The notes beneath the pieces were generated by a model. It saw only the letters and a list, made by a program, of their open reading frames with translations. It did not search any database and had not been told where the DNA came from. From NCBI GenBank assembly GCA_028534125.1, contig CM052817.1:14448001-14512000 (forward strand): DNA of 64,000 nt. Direction: 5' to 3'. Source of the DNA: Lama glama. Lineage: Eukaryota. Shown piece after piece: positions 12,656 to 24,970 of this stretch; within the stretch, counting starts at the first letter, position 1; the number at the start of each line of letters is the position of its first letter. The position numbers and the translations under genes were made by a program.

Positions 12656-13776
12656 TTCTTTTATTTTTTATTTTTTTACTTTTAAAACATTTTTTATTGA
12701 TTTATAATCATTTTACAATGTTGTGTCAAATTCCAGTGTAGAGCACATTTTTTCAGTTATACATGAACATATATATATTCATTGTCACATTTTTTTCTCT
12801 GTGAGCTACCATAAGATCTTGTATATATTTCCCCATGCTATACAGTATAATCTTGTTTATCTGTTCTACATTTTGAAGTCTCAGTCTATCCCTTCCCACC
12901 CCGTGCCCCTCTGGCAACCACAATTTTGTATTCTATGTATATGAGTCTGTTTCTGTTTTGTATTTATGTGTTTTTTGTTTTTTGGTTTTTTTTAGATTCC
13001 ACATATGAGCTATCTCATATGGTATTTTTCTTTCTTTTTCTGGCTTACTAGAATGACATTCTCCAGGAGCATCCATGTTGCTGGAAACAGCGTTATGTTG
13101 TCGGTTTTTACAGCTGAATAGTATCCATTGTATAAATATACTTCATCTTCTTTATCCAGTCATCTGTTGATGGACATTTAGGCTGTTTCCATGTCTTGGC
13201 TATTGTAAATAGTGCTGCTGTGAACATTGGGGTGCAGATGTCATTTTGGAGTAGGGTTCCTACTGGATATATGCCCAGGAGTGGAATTCCTGGGTCATAC
13301 CATAAGTCTATTCCTAGTCTTTTGAGGAATCTCCATACTGTTTTCCACAGTGGCTGCATTCCAAACTTCATGCCCACCAACAGTGTAGGAGGGTTCCCCT
13401 TTCTCCACAGCCTCTCCAGCATTTGTCATTTGTGGACTTTTGAATGATGGCCATTCTGACTGGTGTGAGGTGATACCTCATTGCAGTTTTGATTTGCATT
13501 TCTCTGATAATGAGTGATATGGAGCATTTTTTCATGCGCCTATTGATCATTTGTATGTCTTCCTTGGAGAATTGCTTGTTTAGGTCTTCTGCCTATTTTT
13601 GGATTGTGTTGTTTGTTTTTTTCTTATTGAGTCATATGAGCTGCTTATATATTTTGGAGATCAAGCCTTTGTTGGTTTCATTTGCAAAAATTTTCTCCCA
13701 TTCTGTAGGTTGTCTTTTTGTTTTACTTATGGTTTCCTTTGCTGTGTAGAAGCTTGTAAATTTCATTAGGTCCCGT
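12656..13776 (-). mobile_element. Young 5'-truncated L1 (ORF2 C-terminus + 3'UTR + poly-A)
   Basis: ORF-track peptides match the L1 ORF2 C-terminus ([52 protein letters not shown]), frameshifted; T-rich tail at 12656-12680; 15-bp TSD aac[t/c]ctacaccttta at 12641-12655 and 13777-13791. Confidence 0.95.
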
Positions 13777-14035
13777 AACCCTACACCTTTAAATGCAGCC
13801 ATTCAATGAGGGCTTTGGGATTCAGGCCTTCTTCCTAACCCATTCACAAAATTATTCAGCATAGAGGTTTAGTCTTCACTTCCATGATCCTCAGTCCCCT
13901 CATCTGCTCCCTAGGACTGCTAGAAGAACTGATTTCAGGAAGCTTTTCTTCAGTCAGCATGATCAATCCACAGAAAGCATTCAATAAACATGATTCCTTT
14001 TATTACCATAATGCTTACTTTCTCTTTCTTATTTT

Positions 14036-14161
14036 TTTTCTTGGGGGGGGGCGTTAACTAGGTTTATCTATCTATCTATTTATTAATAGGTACTGGGTAT
14101 TGAACCCAGGACCTCATGCATGCTAAGCGTGCACTCTACCGCCGAGCTATACCCTCCCTCT
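14036..14161 (-). mobile_element. tRNA-derived SINE (camelid Vic-1-like)
   Basis: Reverse complement gagggtatagctcggcggtagagtgcacgcttagcatgcatgaggtcctgggttcaatacccagtacc contains Pol III A and B boxes, then an AT-rich and C-run tail; 13-bp TSD tctttcttatttt at 14023-14035 and 14162-14174. Confidence 0.9.
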
Positions 14162-16279
14162 TCTTTCTTATTTTGACTACTTTTATAATCTCATCAGCTG
14201 ACATTTTATAATCATTTAGTGGTATTATTTAAAGGGACTTTATAAATTCCTCATTGCCAGTGGTGCCAACACATTGGCTGCCCTGCTGAATTTCATCACT
14301 AAGAAGTTTCCTGCGAGAAGAGGGAGAGAAGTTGGGAGACGTGACAGAGCAGACAACCATCGAAGATTCTCCAACATCAATTGCCCACAAACATATGGAT
14401 AAAAATTATGGTTGAAAATATTGGAAAAGAAATTGAAGTATTTAATTATGATCAAAATAAGGCATTTTTTAGGTAATTATATTGATTTTCCTGTGTTATA
14501 GTTTTATAAAAATAACTTGACTAAGAAGTATCAGGAAATGAAACAAAGACCTCTAGGGCTAAAAACATAAAAACAAAAAACCAAAAAGCACTGTTTGCCA
14601 AGCAAGAGAACATCAGTGAATAAAACCACTGTTCAGTTTACTAAGAGGGGAAAAACTAGGGTTTCAAGAATTAGGAAGGGGATTTTGTGGTGGTTATGCT
14701 TATTAAGCACTGAAAGCAGTCACTTGGATGGCACAGAATGAGTCTAGAAGTCTATAATGTTTTGCTAAACAATTTCCATTGTTCAGAAAAAGATCTTCAA
14801 TATGGTCTAGTATGAGTCTGGTTTATTGGGCCACTTAAAATTCATAGTAATTTGTTAGTTCAACTGGTTAGGGCCAACGGTGATAAAATACATTTTAAAT
14901 TTTGATATCACATTAGCAAGTGTTCCTGTCCATTGAAGACATTCATTTCCCAGAAGAAACAAAGATCCTAATTTCTAAATATTCACTGTGTCAATGAATG
15001 CGCCATCTCTGCTGTTAGATCAAAGAATGATTAAAATTCTAAAATATTTTGAATAAAGTTTTAAAATTAGATTCAAACCTAAATTTAGAGTTTTTAATAT
15101 ATCCAAATTATTTTGAGTAGAACTGATAACTCTGGATTTACATTCCAACACTTTAATCATGACAGGTATTAGGAAATGCAATGAAAAACATTAAGTGTTT
15201 TTGACACTCTTGAAAAGATACGCCACACAGCAACTCAAGAGGAAGTCAAAGCTATAAAGGAACGCAATTCAGTGTCCCCGGTAGACAGCAGACTGGGATA
15301 ACTTCCTGTGATATGCTCAGTCAAAAGGAAATGGGTGTAAAATGCAGATGTCCAGGAGGTGGAAAATAAATACAAGAAAAAAAGCTCAAGTTTTACTAAC
15401 TAAAAGGCTTCCAAAAACCTGCACGGTAATAGGTGTGTGAGGAATAATCTCTATCAGATGAAACAGTGTAATATTCATGCAGAAGCAACCTCTGAATATT
15501 TAAAAATATTATTGGCAGCAATACTCCCTTAAGCCTACGTTACTGTATTTTTCATTCAATTATGTTATCTCATGTCTTTGGGACTCACTGATCAAGTGTT
15601 AGGCTCTCACGTGGCAAAATCTCTTTTCCTCAGCCCACTTAGGATGCCCAAAGCCAAACGAGAACTTAACTGAAGGAGTCATTTCATGCAGGCCCTAGAA
15701 AAGGAATGCTGTTTTGGTCTCCAAAAAAATTAGCTAAAGATAGTCTCAAATTTCAGAAAAACATCATGAGCTTATGTTTTCCCAATCTTCATTTGGAAAC
15801 AGAATATTCAAATGTTTCATTCTCTTTTGCATTATGCCAAGATTATAATCTATGAATATCAAATGAGCAGTATATGCAAAATAACAATGACCTTTTGCAT
15901 GTCTTTCAGTTTTTAATATCTCCTAGAGGACACAGGCAGCAGAAGCATCTCCATCCCTGGTCAAGTTTCTTCTCAGTGAATGAGGCTGCTGTGTGCAAAT
16001 ACAGGGGCTCCTGGAGAGAGGGATGATGGAGGTACAGCATAAGAAGAATTCTAAGAGATGAGCCATTAACATTTCATTCACAAAGAGAAAAGACTTATTT
16101 GGCTGGTATTCCCAATTTCAGGCATATTTACTACCGGAGAGGACAAGGTATAGACTTCTGTGAGGCATCTACATGGACTGAAGAACTGGCCATGAGGCTG
16201 TTACGACAGGTGATTTCTAAGAACATTCCAGGTTTCTGCCGAGAGTCACGGGTAGGCCCTGCCCCCTCTCCAGCACACG

Positions 16280-17200
16280 CTGGGTTAAAGGGATTCTTCA
16301 ACAAAACTTCAAAAGCACAGTCTGAGACAAAAGAGCGTTATTCTGATCTCACCAAAATTAAGGAAATTTACAAAGGGGTTAGTGGGTGGAAGAAAGGAAG
16401 ATGAAATGCACAAGGTCTTAAATCAAGGTGTCAATATCTAGCACCGGCCGGGAGCTCCTATCGTCAGCTGGAGGACTGTAGAAAATGGGCCAAAGGAACA
16501 GACAAGCAGTGTACAGAAGAAGAAATACAAATGTGCATGAGAATTTGAAAGGATATTCAAAATTATTACAATCAGGAAAAGACAAACAAAGACACCAGTG
16601 AGATACCACATTGTACCTTTTAAACTGGCAACAATTAGAGTGCCACGGATTGCCCAGTATCCCTGGGGGATGTGGGGGCTGTAATGAACTGCCAGTGAGA
16701 GCGATGACTTGCGTAGGCACTCTGGAAAGCAATTCGGCACTACCTGGCCACATATGTATTTATATATTAATATATTTATATTTATATATGTCACAGGATA
16801 CCAGCCCAGGATGTATAATCCCAAGAAAATTCTCACACAGCTCCGTAAAGACCAGTTCAAAGCACTGTTTGGATTGGTAAAGAATTTGAGGTAACCTGAG
16901 TGCCCATCATGGGGAGAGAGGAAAGGCAAAAATCCTTGTTGCCCATCACAAAGAATTACCCAGAAAGTACAAATTAGTAGATGTCAATTATACCTTAATT
17001 TTTTTAATGCAAATTAGTTGTAAACTTGGCAACAGAGATTGATCTTAAAAATGTGATGTCTAGTGGAAAAGAGTAAGAAGCAATTAGAGATCTACATATA
17101 AATCCATATAAATTTAAATATACCTGCATAAAGCACTTGGCCAGAATACATTCATATTAAACAATATATATTAAACACATTAAAATGACTGCTCTTGGGG
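16280..17200 (+). mobile_element. Ancient L1 (L1ME-like) ORF2 3' portion and 3'UTR
   Basis: KGFFNKTSKAQ..DLTKIK-like peptide, agaaaatgggccaaaggaac, gtgagataccac, actctggaaagcaattcggca. Confidence 0.7.
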
Positions 17201-17824
17201 GTATGAGATTTTTTTAAATGCAATTTTTATAATGAAATAAGATGTATGTACAACCAGGAAATAATATCAGGCCCAGAAAACTAAAACAGTTTGAAAGCCT
17301 TCTCACTCTTCTCTAAAATCTACCTCTTTATCCTATTTCTCCAACCCTAGCAGTTTTGGAGGAAAAGTGGGGATGAGAGAGAAAAAAGGGGAGGGGGGCT
17401 GAGAGCATATATGTGGATGGAGACAGGACAGGGTAGAAACTGAGTAATATCATAACATCACAAAAATCCAGGTATTTTCCTAGAACAATCCAAATGGTTA
17501 TAACAAAACCTGTATCAGTTTATTTTTCCCCTAAATAATGATATTCTTCATTGTCATCACTATCTACATTAGCTAGTACATAATCTTTAGTTGTGACTTA
17601 AGCAATTAACAGAGTAAGATTTTAAAAATCAGGACTTCCTGCAAACTTCTTCATTTCTCACTCATTTACATGCATTTTATTCTTTAATTTATGTCTTTTT
17701 TCTCCCTTTCTGTCTACCTCAACTTTTGAAAATTGGTCACCATCTCTGTCTGCTAAGATCAGTTCCCTCAGATCAGTCATGCTTGCATGTATATGTAAGC
17801 TGTAGGCACGTGTGTGATGATAAT

Positions 17825-17825
<1 letters not shown>

Positions 17826-17884
<59 letters not shown>
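17826..17884. repeat. Compound microsatellite (TC)n(CA)n
   Basis: Directly visible. Confidence 0.97.
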
Positions 17885-17886
<2 letters not shown>

Positions 17887-19329
17887 ATCCCTGTTCACTG
17901 AACAATACTATGCTAAATCTTCCTCATACTTTTATGATCTAAATAGGGGTAAGAAAATGGCACCCAGGAAATACAATCTAGTAGCAAACTATTTTATTCC
18001 TCCAATCAAAGCAGTTTTGGAGGAAACATGTTCATGCACTCTCAGAGTGTGCATGGTGTGCATGTGTGGCTATGTGTGTGCGTGCGTACATGCATGCACA
18101 AACTATATGAGGATGGAGATCATCAAAGCTTTTTTCCCCGCTAACATATTTGCATACTTTCAGGGAAGCATGCCCTCTCCACTTGAAACAGCCCCCGCCC
18201 TTCCTTTCAGCTTATTTTTACAGTATCACTCTTTCTCTCAGCTGCCTAGCCCCAAAAGACATCTGATGTCATACCCCCAGCTCAACTGTCCTGCTCTGCC
18301 GTGGTCCCTCAGCTACCTTAAGCACACTTAAAACTGTGAGAGAGGCCACCGAAAAGGCAGGAGCCTGAGTGTAGAGGACAGAGTGACAGCTATCAGTCTG
18401 AGTTCTGATGGAACGGAGGGCGCTCTAATTCTGCCCAGGACAACTTGCAGAAACAAGCACTTTGTTTTGCTGGCTTGAAGAGCGTGGCAAAAGAAACAGG
18501 AGAGCCCAGGGACAGAACCTAAGACCTCTTCTTTTACTTGACTTTGAGCCATTCATAAAATGATACATCACAGGAAACTAGGAGCCAATTTTCAAATTGG
18601 GACGCCTCAGTCAGCTATCCATATACAATATGTGGAAAGCCAGCCGTCCCTTCTTGCCAGCTTTGGGGGTTGAGTCTCCTAATGAAAGCTTTCCAAATAG
18701 ACAGATGCACGAATACTGTTTTATGCGGCGGGCACTCAAATCAAAACTCCGTCTGCAAATTCAAGAGCAATGAACTTTGTGTTGCAAATACTGACTGAGG
18801 TGGGAGGGAGCACATGCAGTAGCACAGGATGAGTGCAAACTGGCACCACTTACTAGGCGAAGTTAGAAAGGCAAATTTACTAGAGAAGAATCGCATCTAG
18901 TATTCTCAAACCCCTACTGGTGTCCAGTCCTCAAACTTACCATTCAAAGGGATAGAAGAAACCTGGAAAGGATTCATGATAAAACAACCAAATTTGTAGA
19001 ATTACAGTTAGAAGAGAGCTTTCATATCAAATAGATAAATGCTAATCTTCAAACACATTTTTTGCCTTTAAAACTTCCTTTTTTCGTTAAGCTCAGTATG
19101 TCCATCCATTCTATTCACCTTTACTAAGTGTCTATGTGGCAGTCATTGTGCCAAGTGGTGTCTGTATGGATGGGGTGGTAGTGGATGTGATCACATCTAA
19201 TGTTACAACAACACATAAGGGGTTTTGATACGTCTTATAAAAAAGGCATTTAACCTGGGAATATGTTCCACCATCTCATTATCTTTCAATCAGGCACAAT
19301 TTATTTGCAAGTAACCACACTGAGGCATA

Positions 19330-19815
19330 CACACAGAGAAAAGAATCACACACAATGTACAAGAGTTTTCATAGCAGCCTTGCTCAGAATAGGTCCAATG
19401 AATAACATTAGAATGGATAAATAAATTATGGTTGACTCAAACAATGAAATATTATACAACAATGAAAATGAGCAGGTCTCAAGGACACACAATACTATGG
19501 ATGACTCTCACAAAAATAACACTGAGCAAAAGAAGCCAAACACAAAAGAGTATGCCTTAGGTGGTTTCCATTACACAAAGTTCAAATATAGGTGAAATTA
19601 ACCAAGGGCAGTAGAAGTCAGAATAGAGGTTACCCCCTGGGGCATGCGTGGCGCCTGGAAGGGACACAGTGGTAGGGGGAGGGGGGATCTGGAGTGCTGG
19701 GAACATTCTGATTCTTGATCTGAATGCAGGCTACAGGGAGTTTACCATGAGAAAATTTGAGCTGTGTATTTCTCTTTGCATTTGATACTTCAATGAAGTT
19801 TGTATATATAAAAAG
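19330..19815 (+). mobile_element. Ancient L1 (L1ME-like) 3' end
   Basis: gttttcatagcagccttg, gaatggataaataaattatgg, gagcaaaagaagccaaacacaaaagag, gtagaagtcagaatagaggttacc. Confidence 0.75.
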
Positions 19816-19921
19816 AAGTAACCACACACATAACACTAATGGTAAGAAGTATTTGCTGTGTGCTATTCACTTAAAAACTTTAAAATCTTACTGTACGATT
19901 ACTGGCAGAGAACACAGACAG

Positions 19922-20030
19922 TGATAAGAATTTGTTAAGGTATTGAAACTAATAGTAATTTTCTTTCTTTCTTAACTTCTCTTGATGTTGGTGTAACATT
20001 ATATAATTACTTTCTTAAAAGGTAGAAGCA
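19922..20030 (+). repeat. Copy 1 of ~108-bp dispersed direct duplication
   Basis: Aligns by eye to 21214-21320 (tattgaaactaatagt, ttaacttctcttgatgttggt, attatataatta, aaaggtagaagca). Confidence 0.9.
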
Positions 20031-21139
20031 ATATATGTATGTAAGATTTCCCTCCAAACTCAAGTTACCTTGTACCTAAGGCACATGCTGAAATACATAA
20101 TTGTTCCATAAATCAGATCTCCTTTACATCTATACAATATACATTTATCATCAATGTTGTTTCCAGATCAAACTGTCAGTAATGCTCCCTGCTCGGGTTA
20201 TTCCCATGACAATGATGTCTCAGGACCAAGAGTTGGGGTCAATGACTCCTCCTCTGGCTCTAAGTATGAAAAAAGAATGGCCACATGCAGTCACACGGGT
20301 ACATGCCACACAACCGTTTACGTTACTCGTGGAATAACAGGGGGCTGTCGTGGGAGAAGTCAAATCTGTCATCTGATTATGGAAGGTTTTATTCTCTAAC
20401 TTTTCCAAAGGGAGGTAAATCATGTCATTTCAAACTCTAAAGTGGACATGAAAAATAGAGTCCTTGTAAGTTCCAACTATGAGCACAAAGCAGTAACCTG
20501 AACACCAGGTGGCAATTTGGTGCCATAACGGCAGCACACAGGAGAGAAGGGAAATGCTGCACTTGCCACTAAAAGGGACTGTTCGTGGGCACACAAAGGC
20601 CTGCCAGGGAGGAGACCTTGCTTTCATCCCCTCTTTGTTTTCTATCTCTTTTTCTAATTTATGTTCAGAAAAAGAGGGGAGTTCAGACAGACAGTGAATT
20701 AAGCAGGAGACAATCCTAAATACGGGGACCTGCTGATGCCATATGACAGTCCTTCCTTTTTCTTTCCCCTGAGTGTGCCAAGGCCTAAATTTTATGCATA
20801 AAAATGTCCCCAGTAAAACTGCCTTCCTGCTATTCCACTCCAATCATGCTTTTCCCTTGGCCTCTTCCCTTTAAGATACTAAGTAAAAGAAACCTATTAA
20901 ATTACTTTAAGTAAAACTGCAGAACTATTGGTGAGCCACAGAGATGGCTCATGAAAAGTAAAAGCAGACAGGCCGCCTCAGTTTTAAGGAGAAGTGGAGC
21001 CGGTTACATGAGAGTGTGGGCCCAGTCTTTCCTTTATTAGCCTTCAACATTGGCTCTGCCCCAACCATTTCATTCTTCCTCTTCTCTTCTTTCCTTCCCT
21101 GCCTCCCTTCCACTCCTTCTCTCTCCTTCTCTAAAATTA

Positions 21140-21178
21140 TGTGTGTGTGTGTGTGTGTGTATATATATACACACACAC
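21140..21178. repeat. (TG)n(TA)n(CA)n microsatellite containing a perfect 28-bp palindrome (21151-21178)
   Basis: gtgtgtgtgtatatatatacacacacac is its own reverse complement. Confidence 0.95.
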
Positions 21179-21213
21179 CATTCATATACATCACTATATA
21201 CATATATATATCA

Positions 21214-21320
21214 TGATAAGAATATATTAAAGTATTGAAACTAATAGTTTTATTTCTTTTTTTAACTTCTCTTGATGTTGGTACAATATTATATAATTAT
21301 TTTTTTTAAAGGTAGAAGCA
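21214..21320 (+). repeat. Copy 2 of ~108-bp dispersed direct duplication
   Basis: Aligns to 19922-20030; flanked by TG/TA/CA microsatellite sequence. Confidence 0.9.
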
Positions 21321-21769
21321 TGTATATATGTGTGTATGTCACACACACACACATATACACCACATAGGGCCACCACCACCTCAGCCTCACTCACATTTAC
21401 AGCTAGTTGGCTACAAGTCCCGAATCCCAATTCGAAATCGATGTTAAAGACAACCTGATTGGTCCTATTTGGTTCTAGTGCCTTGGAATTGTGGAAGAGG
21501 TCTTCTGGGGAAGGAACACAATGATTTCTGAGACCACAAACTTTCAGTGTTTTTTTTAACACTGGATCAGGAACAACACCCTCAAACACCCTTTCAATTC
21601 TCAAGGAAAAGGAGAGAGAAAAGCCAGATAAAGCCCTATGAGCTTCTCCTGTGAGTGTCCCAGACTGTGAGACCATCCTGGGCACGGCTAGCATCCTGAA
21701 TATAAAGGAAGAAGAATCAGAACTGAGAACACATCAGATTGGAATTTCATCAGGTTATCGTCCTCTCCA

Positions 21770-22305
21770 AACCTTCTACTTGGCCTTAGAATGAACTGCA
21801 AACTGCCGGCCAAGTCTGAGGTCTTGATGCTACATGGCCTCTTGCATGTCTCCCTAACTCTTTTTGTGCTTCTTTACTTGTTCACTGTGATTCTCTCCAC
21901 TGCCTTTCATGTTGTCTCCATCATGCCAAGATCTCTCCCACCTTAAAGACTTGGCCTTGGCTGCTCTTTAAGCCTCAAAATATCCTCCTATCACCTTTTG
22001 TTCACATGGCTGACCCTCTTGCATCCTTCAAGTCTCATTTCAACAATCACTTCAGACAGGTGTTCACTGGCTACCCTATCCATAAGAGTTTCTTACTAAG
22101 TTTCTCCTATGGCATTATTCTTTCCAGTATAACCCCAACCTAAAATTGTCTTGCTCTTTTTTAAAAATATGTTTAGCTTCTGCCTCCTCATAGTGGACCA
22201 TAAGCTCCACAATTGAAAAAACTTTTTCAGTTTGTTCACTGCCTTTTTCTTACTGCTGTAGAGTGTCTGCTAGAGCAGGCAGGAAAATAAATACACCAAA
22301 TGAAT
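21770..22305 (+). mobile_element. L2 3' region
   Basis: catccttcaagtctcatttcaa, cataagctccac, tttgttcactgc, aataaata tail. Confidence 0.7.
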
Positions 22306-22559
22306 ATAAAATGTCAATTAAAGTGGTTATATTCCTAAAAGCACAATTAAAGCTAACTTAGTTTGAAATAGCAGCATCAGAATGTTCACCGGTTCAAAAA
22401 TGGCAGATTCAAAACAGGCCATTGTTTTGAGGGACAGATGCCAAGAGGGAGCCTTTGAGGTCGATGGCTACAGCACGCTCCTTCAGGGTCCACACTGACA
22501 AAGGAGTCAGCAGAGTGGAGGGGAGGGTATTATAGCACGTTCATGTGAATAAACAAAAA

Positions 22560-24235
22560 GATTTCGGTAAAATGGTGCAGCTTCTGTGGAAAAGAGTTTG
22601 GCAGTTTCTCAAAAAGCTAAACACAGAATTATCATGACTTGGCAATTCTACTCCTAAGTAAATAACCAAAAGAATTAAAAAGAGGAACTCAGACATTTCC
22701 ACATTCATGGCAGCATTATTCCCTGTAGCATTATTTCCAGTAGCCAAAGGTGTAAACAGTCCAAGTGTCCATCTACAGATGAATGGATAATACAATTCTA
22801 TGTATCTCTACATGCCATAAAAATGAATTACAATATGATACATGCTTCAACATGGATCAACCATAAGAACATTATAAGTGAAATAAACCGAACACAAAAG
22901 AACACATATTATATGATTCTAAATTTCATGAAACACCTAGAATAGAAAAATTAAGAGAAATAGAGTGTAAATTTGAGGTCACCAGGGGCTGGGAAGTTTT
23001 TGCATAATGATTATAGAATCTCTGTTTGTGGGTGAAAAAGACGCTACATGACCCAAGTCATAGATTATGAGAAACACTGGCAAAATACAAATGTGATAAA
23101 GGACTGGTATCCAAATGTCCAAAGTCACCTTAAAACTCCCTAATTATAATAATAAACAACTCCATTTTAAAATAAGCAAAAGATCTGAACACAGACACCT
23201 CAACAAAGAAGACATACAGACGGCAAGTAAGCACAGAAAAAGAGGTCCAATATCATGTGTCATCAAACAATTACAAGTTAAAATAACTATACACATATTA
23301 CAATGCCTAAAATTCAAAACACTGACAACATCAAAAGCTGATAAGGATGTGGAGCAACAGGAACTCCCATTCATTGTTGGTGGGGATGCAAAATGGTACA
23401 ACCATTTTGGAAGGTAGTTTACCACTTTCTTACAAAACTAAACATACCCTTATCATATGGTCCAAAAAACATACTCCCTGGGATTTATCCAAATGAGTTG
23501 AAAATTTCTGCCCACAGAAAAAATCTAGACACATAGATATTTATAGCTGCTCTGTTTCTAACTGCCAACACTTGGAAGCAATCAAGAAGCCCTTCAGTAG
23601 GTGAACCATGTTACATTTATATGGTGGAATATTAGTCAGTGCTAAAAAGAAGTGAGACACAAAAAGCCACGGAGGAACTTTAAATGCATACTGCTAAGTG
23701 AAAAAAGCCAGTCTGAACAGGTTACATACTGTATGATTCAAACTGTATGACATTCTGGAAAAGGCAAAACTATGGAAACAGTAAAAAGCCAAGTGATTGG
23801 CAGAGGTTCTGGGAGAAAGAAGGATAAACAGATGGAGCACAGAGGACTTTTAGGGCAGTGAAACTGCTCTGCATGATACTACAATAATGGATAAATGTCA
23901 TTACACATTTGTCAAAACTCACAGACCAAGACTGAAAGCTATTGTAAACTATGGATAATGATGTGTCAATGTTAATTTAGATTGTAACCACTCTGGTGTG
24001 GGATGGTGATGGTGGGGGAGGCCGTGCATATGTGGGGAGAGGAAATACATGTGCTTTTTGTACTTCCCATTCAATTTCTCTATGACCTTAAAATTGCTCT
24101 AAAAAAGTCTATTAAAATTAATTAATTAATTTAAAAATTAATTAAAAAAGCAAAGTTTGGGAGGTGATAGTTGCACAACACAGTGAATACAGTAATGCCA
24201 CTGAACTGTACATATGACAATGTTTAAAATGGCAA
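22560..24235 (+). mobile_element. L1MB-like 3' end split by a nested L1MC-like insertion
   Basis: ORF2 end/3'UTR at 22560-23040 resumes at ~24150 (aaagtttgggaggtgatagttgcacaacacagtgaat...gccactgaactgtaca). Confidence 0.75.
23045..24148 (+). mobile_element. L1MC-like 3' fragment (ORF2 C-terminus, 3'UTR, AT tail)
   Basis: Peptide RHLNKEDIQTASKHRKR..DVEQQELPFIVGGDAKWYNHFG; 3'UTR similar to 37430-37925. Confidence 0.85.
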
Positions 24236-24559
24236 ATCAGCACAACTGGATGGGTTTGCAGCATCCAGAGCTCTGCATCTTGGATGGGGGATGTGTTTCT
24301 CTTTGGAGGGCCAGAGTGCTAGAACATGAAAAGGCTACTACTGAACATGACAGGACCTTGTGGTGCCCAGAAATACCTGGAGAAGACTTAGGGAGAGCCA
24401 GTGTTGCAATTCTGGTTATGACTGTCAACATGCCTTTTTTATTCCCAAATGCAGAGGAGGCCTGCAGAAACGTGAGTTACAGAAATATACCAAGAGGCAT
24501 AAACCATAGATCATCTTTCTTCCTAATTCCTTATACTACTTTGACTTTCTTATTTTTGT

Positions 24560-24970
24560 TAATGGCCCTACCATTTTCATAGTCCCTCAAGTAGAAAATC
24601 TTAGAGAAAACCTGGCTTCCACCTTCTCCTCACCCCTCATCTGTCACTATCATATCCAACCAATTCCTGAGTTTCACAGATTCTTCTTTCTCAATATCTC
24701 TCATACTCACCTCCATTTTTCCTTGGACATTTTCTTCCAGGCCTTCATTACACCCTCTTTGTCTATAGCAAAAATTTTCACCTTTGTCACTACTCCAGTT
24801 TCCTCCCCTTTAATCTCTTCTACCCACACTCTTGCTGACTTAGTTTTCCTAAAATATATCTCCAAGCATGTCACTTGACTTTAAGATAGACTCGGGTCAT
24901 TCCTGACTGTCTGCGGAACTAAGTACAAATATCTACCTCACTCTGGAACTCAAGGTCCTCCACAACATAG
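24560..24970 (+). mobile_element. L2 fragment
   Basis: Pyrimidine-rich L2 motifs (tccaggccttcatta, ttagttttcctaaaatatatctc, tcaaggtcctccacaac). Confidence 0.55.

Noticed and set aside
16099..16929. Cluster of 100-163 aa ORFs
   Set aside because: Overlaps decayed L1ME-like ORF2 sequence; not host genes
17726..18331. 201-aa ORF
   Set aside because: Runs through (TC)n(CA)n and TG-rich repeats (SLSLS, HTHTH, CVCAC); non-ATG start; no recognisable domain
20503..20516. CTCF-like motif caccaggtggca (similar ones at ~15000 and ~58150)
   Set aside because: Partial matches of this quality are expected by chance in 64 kb
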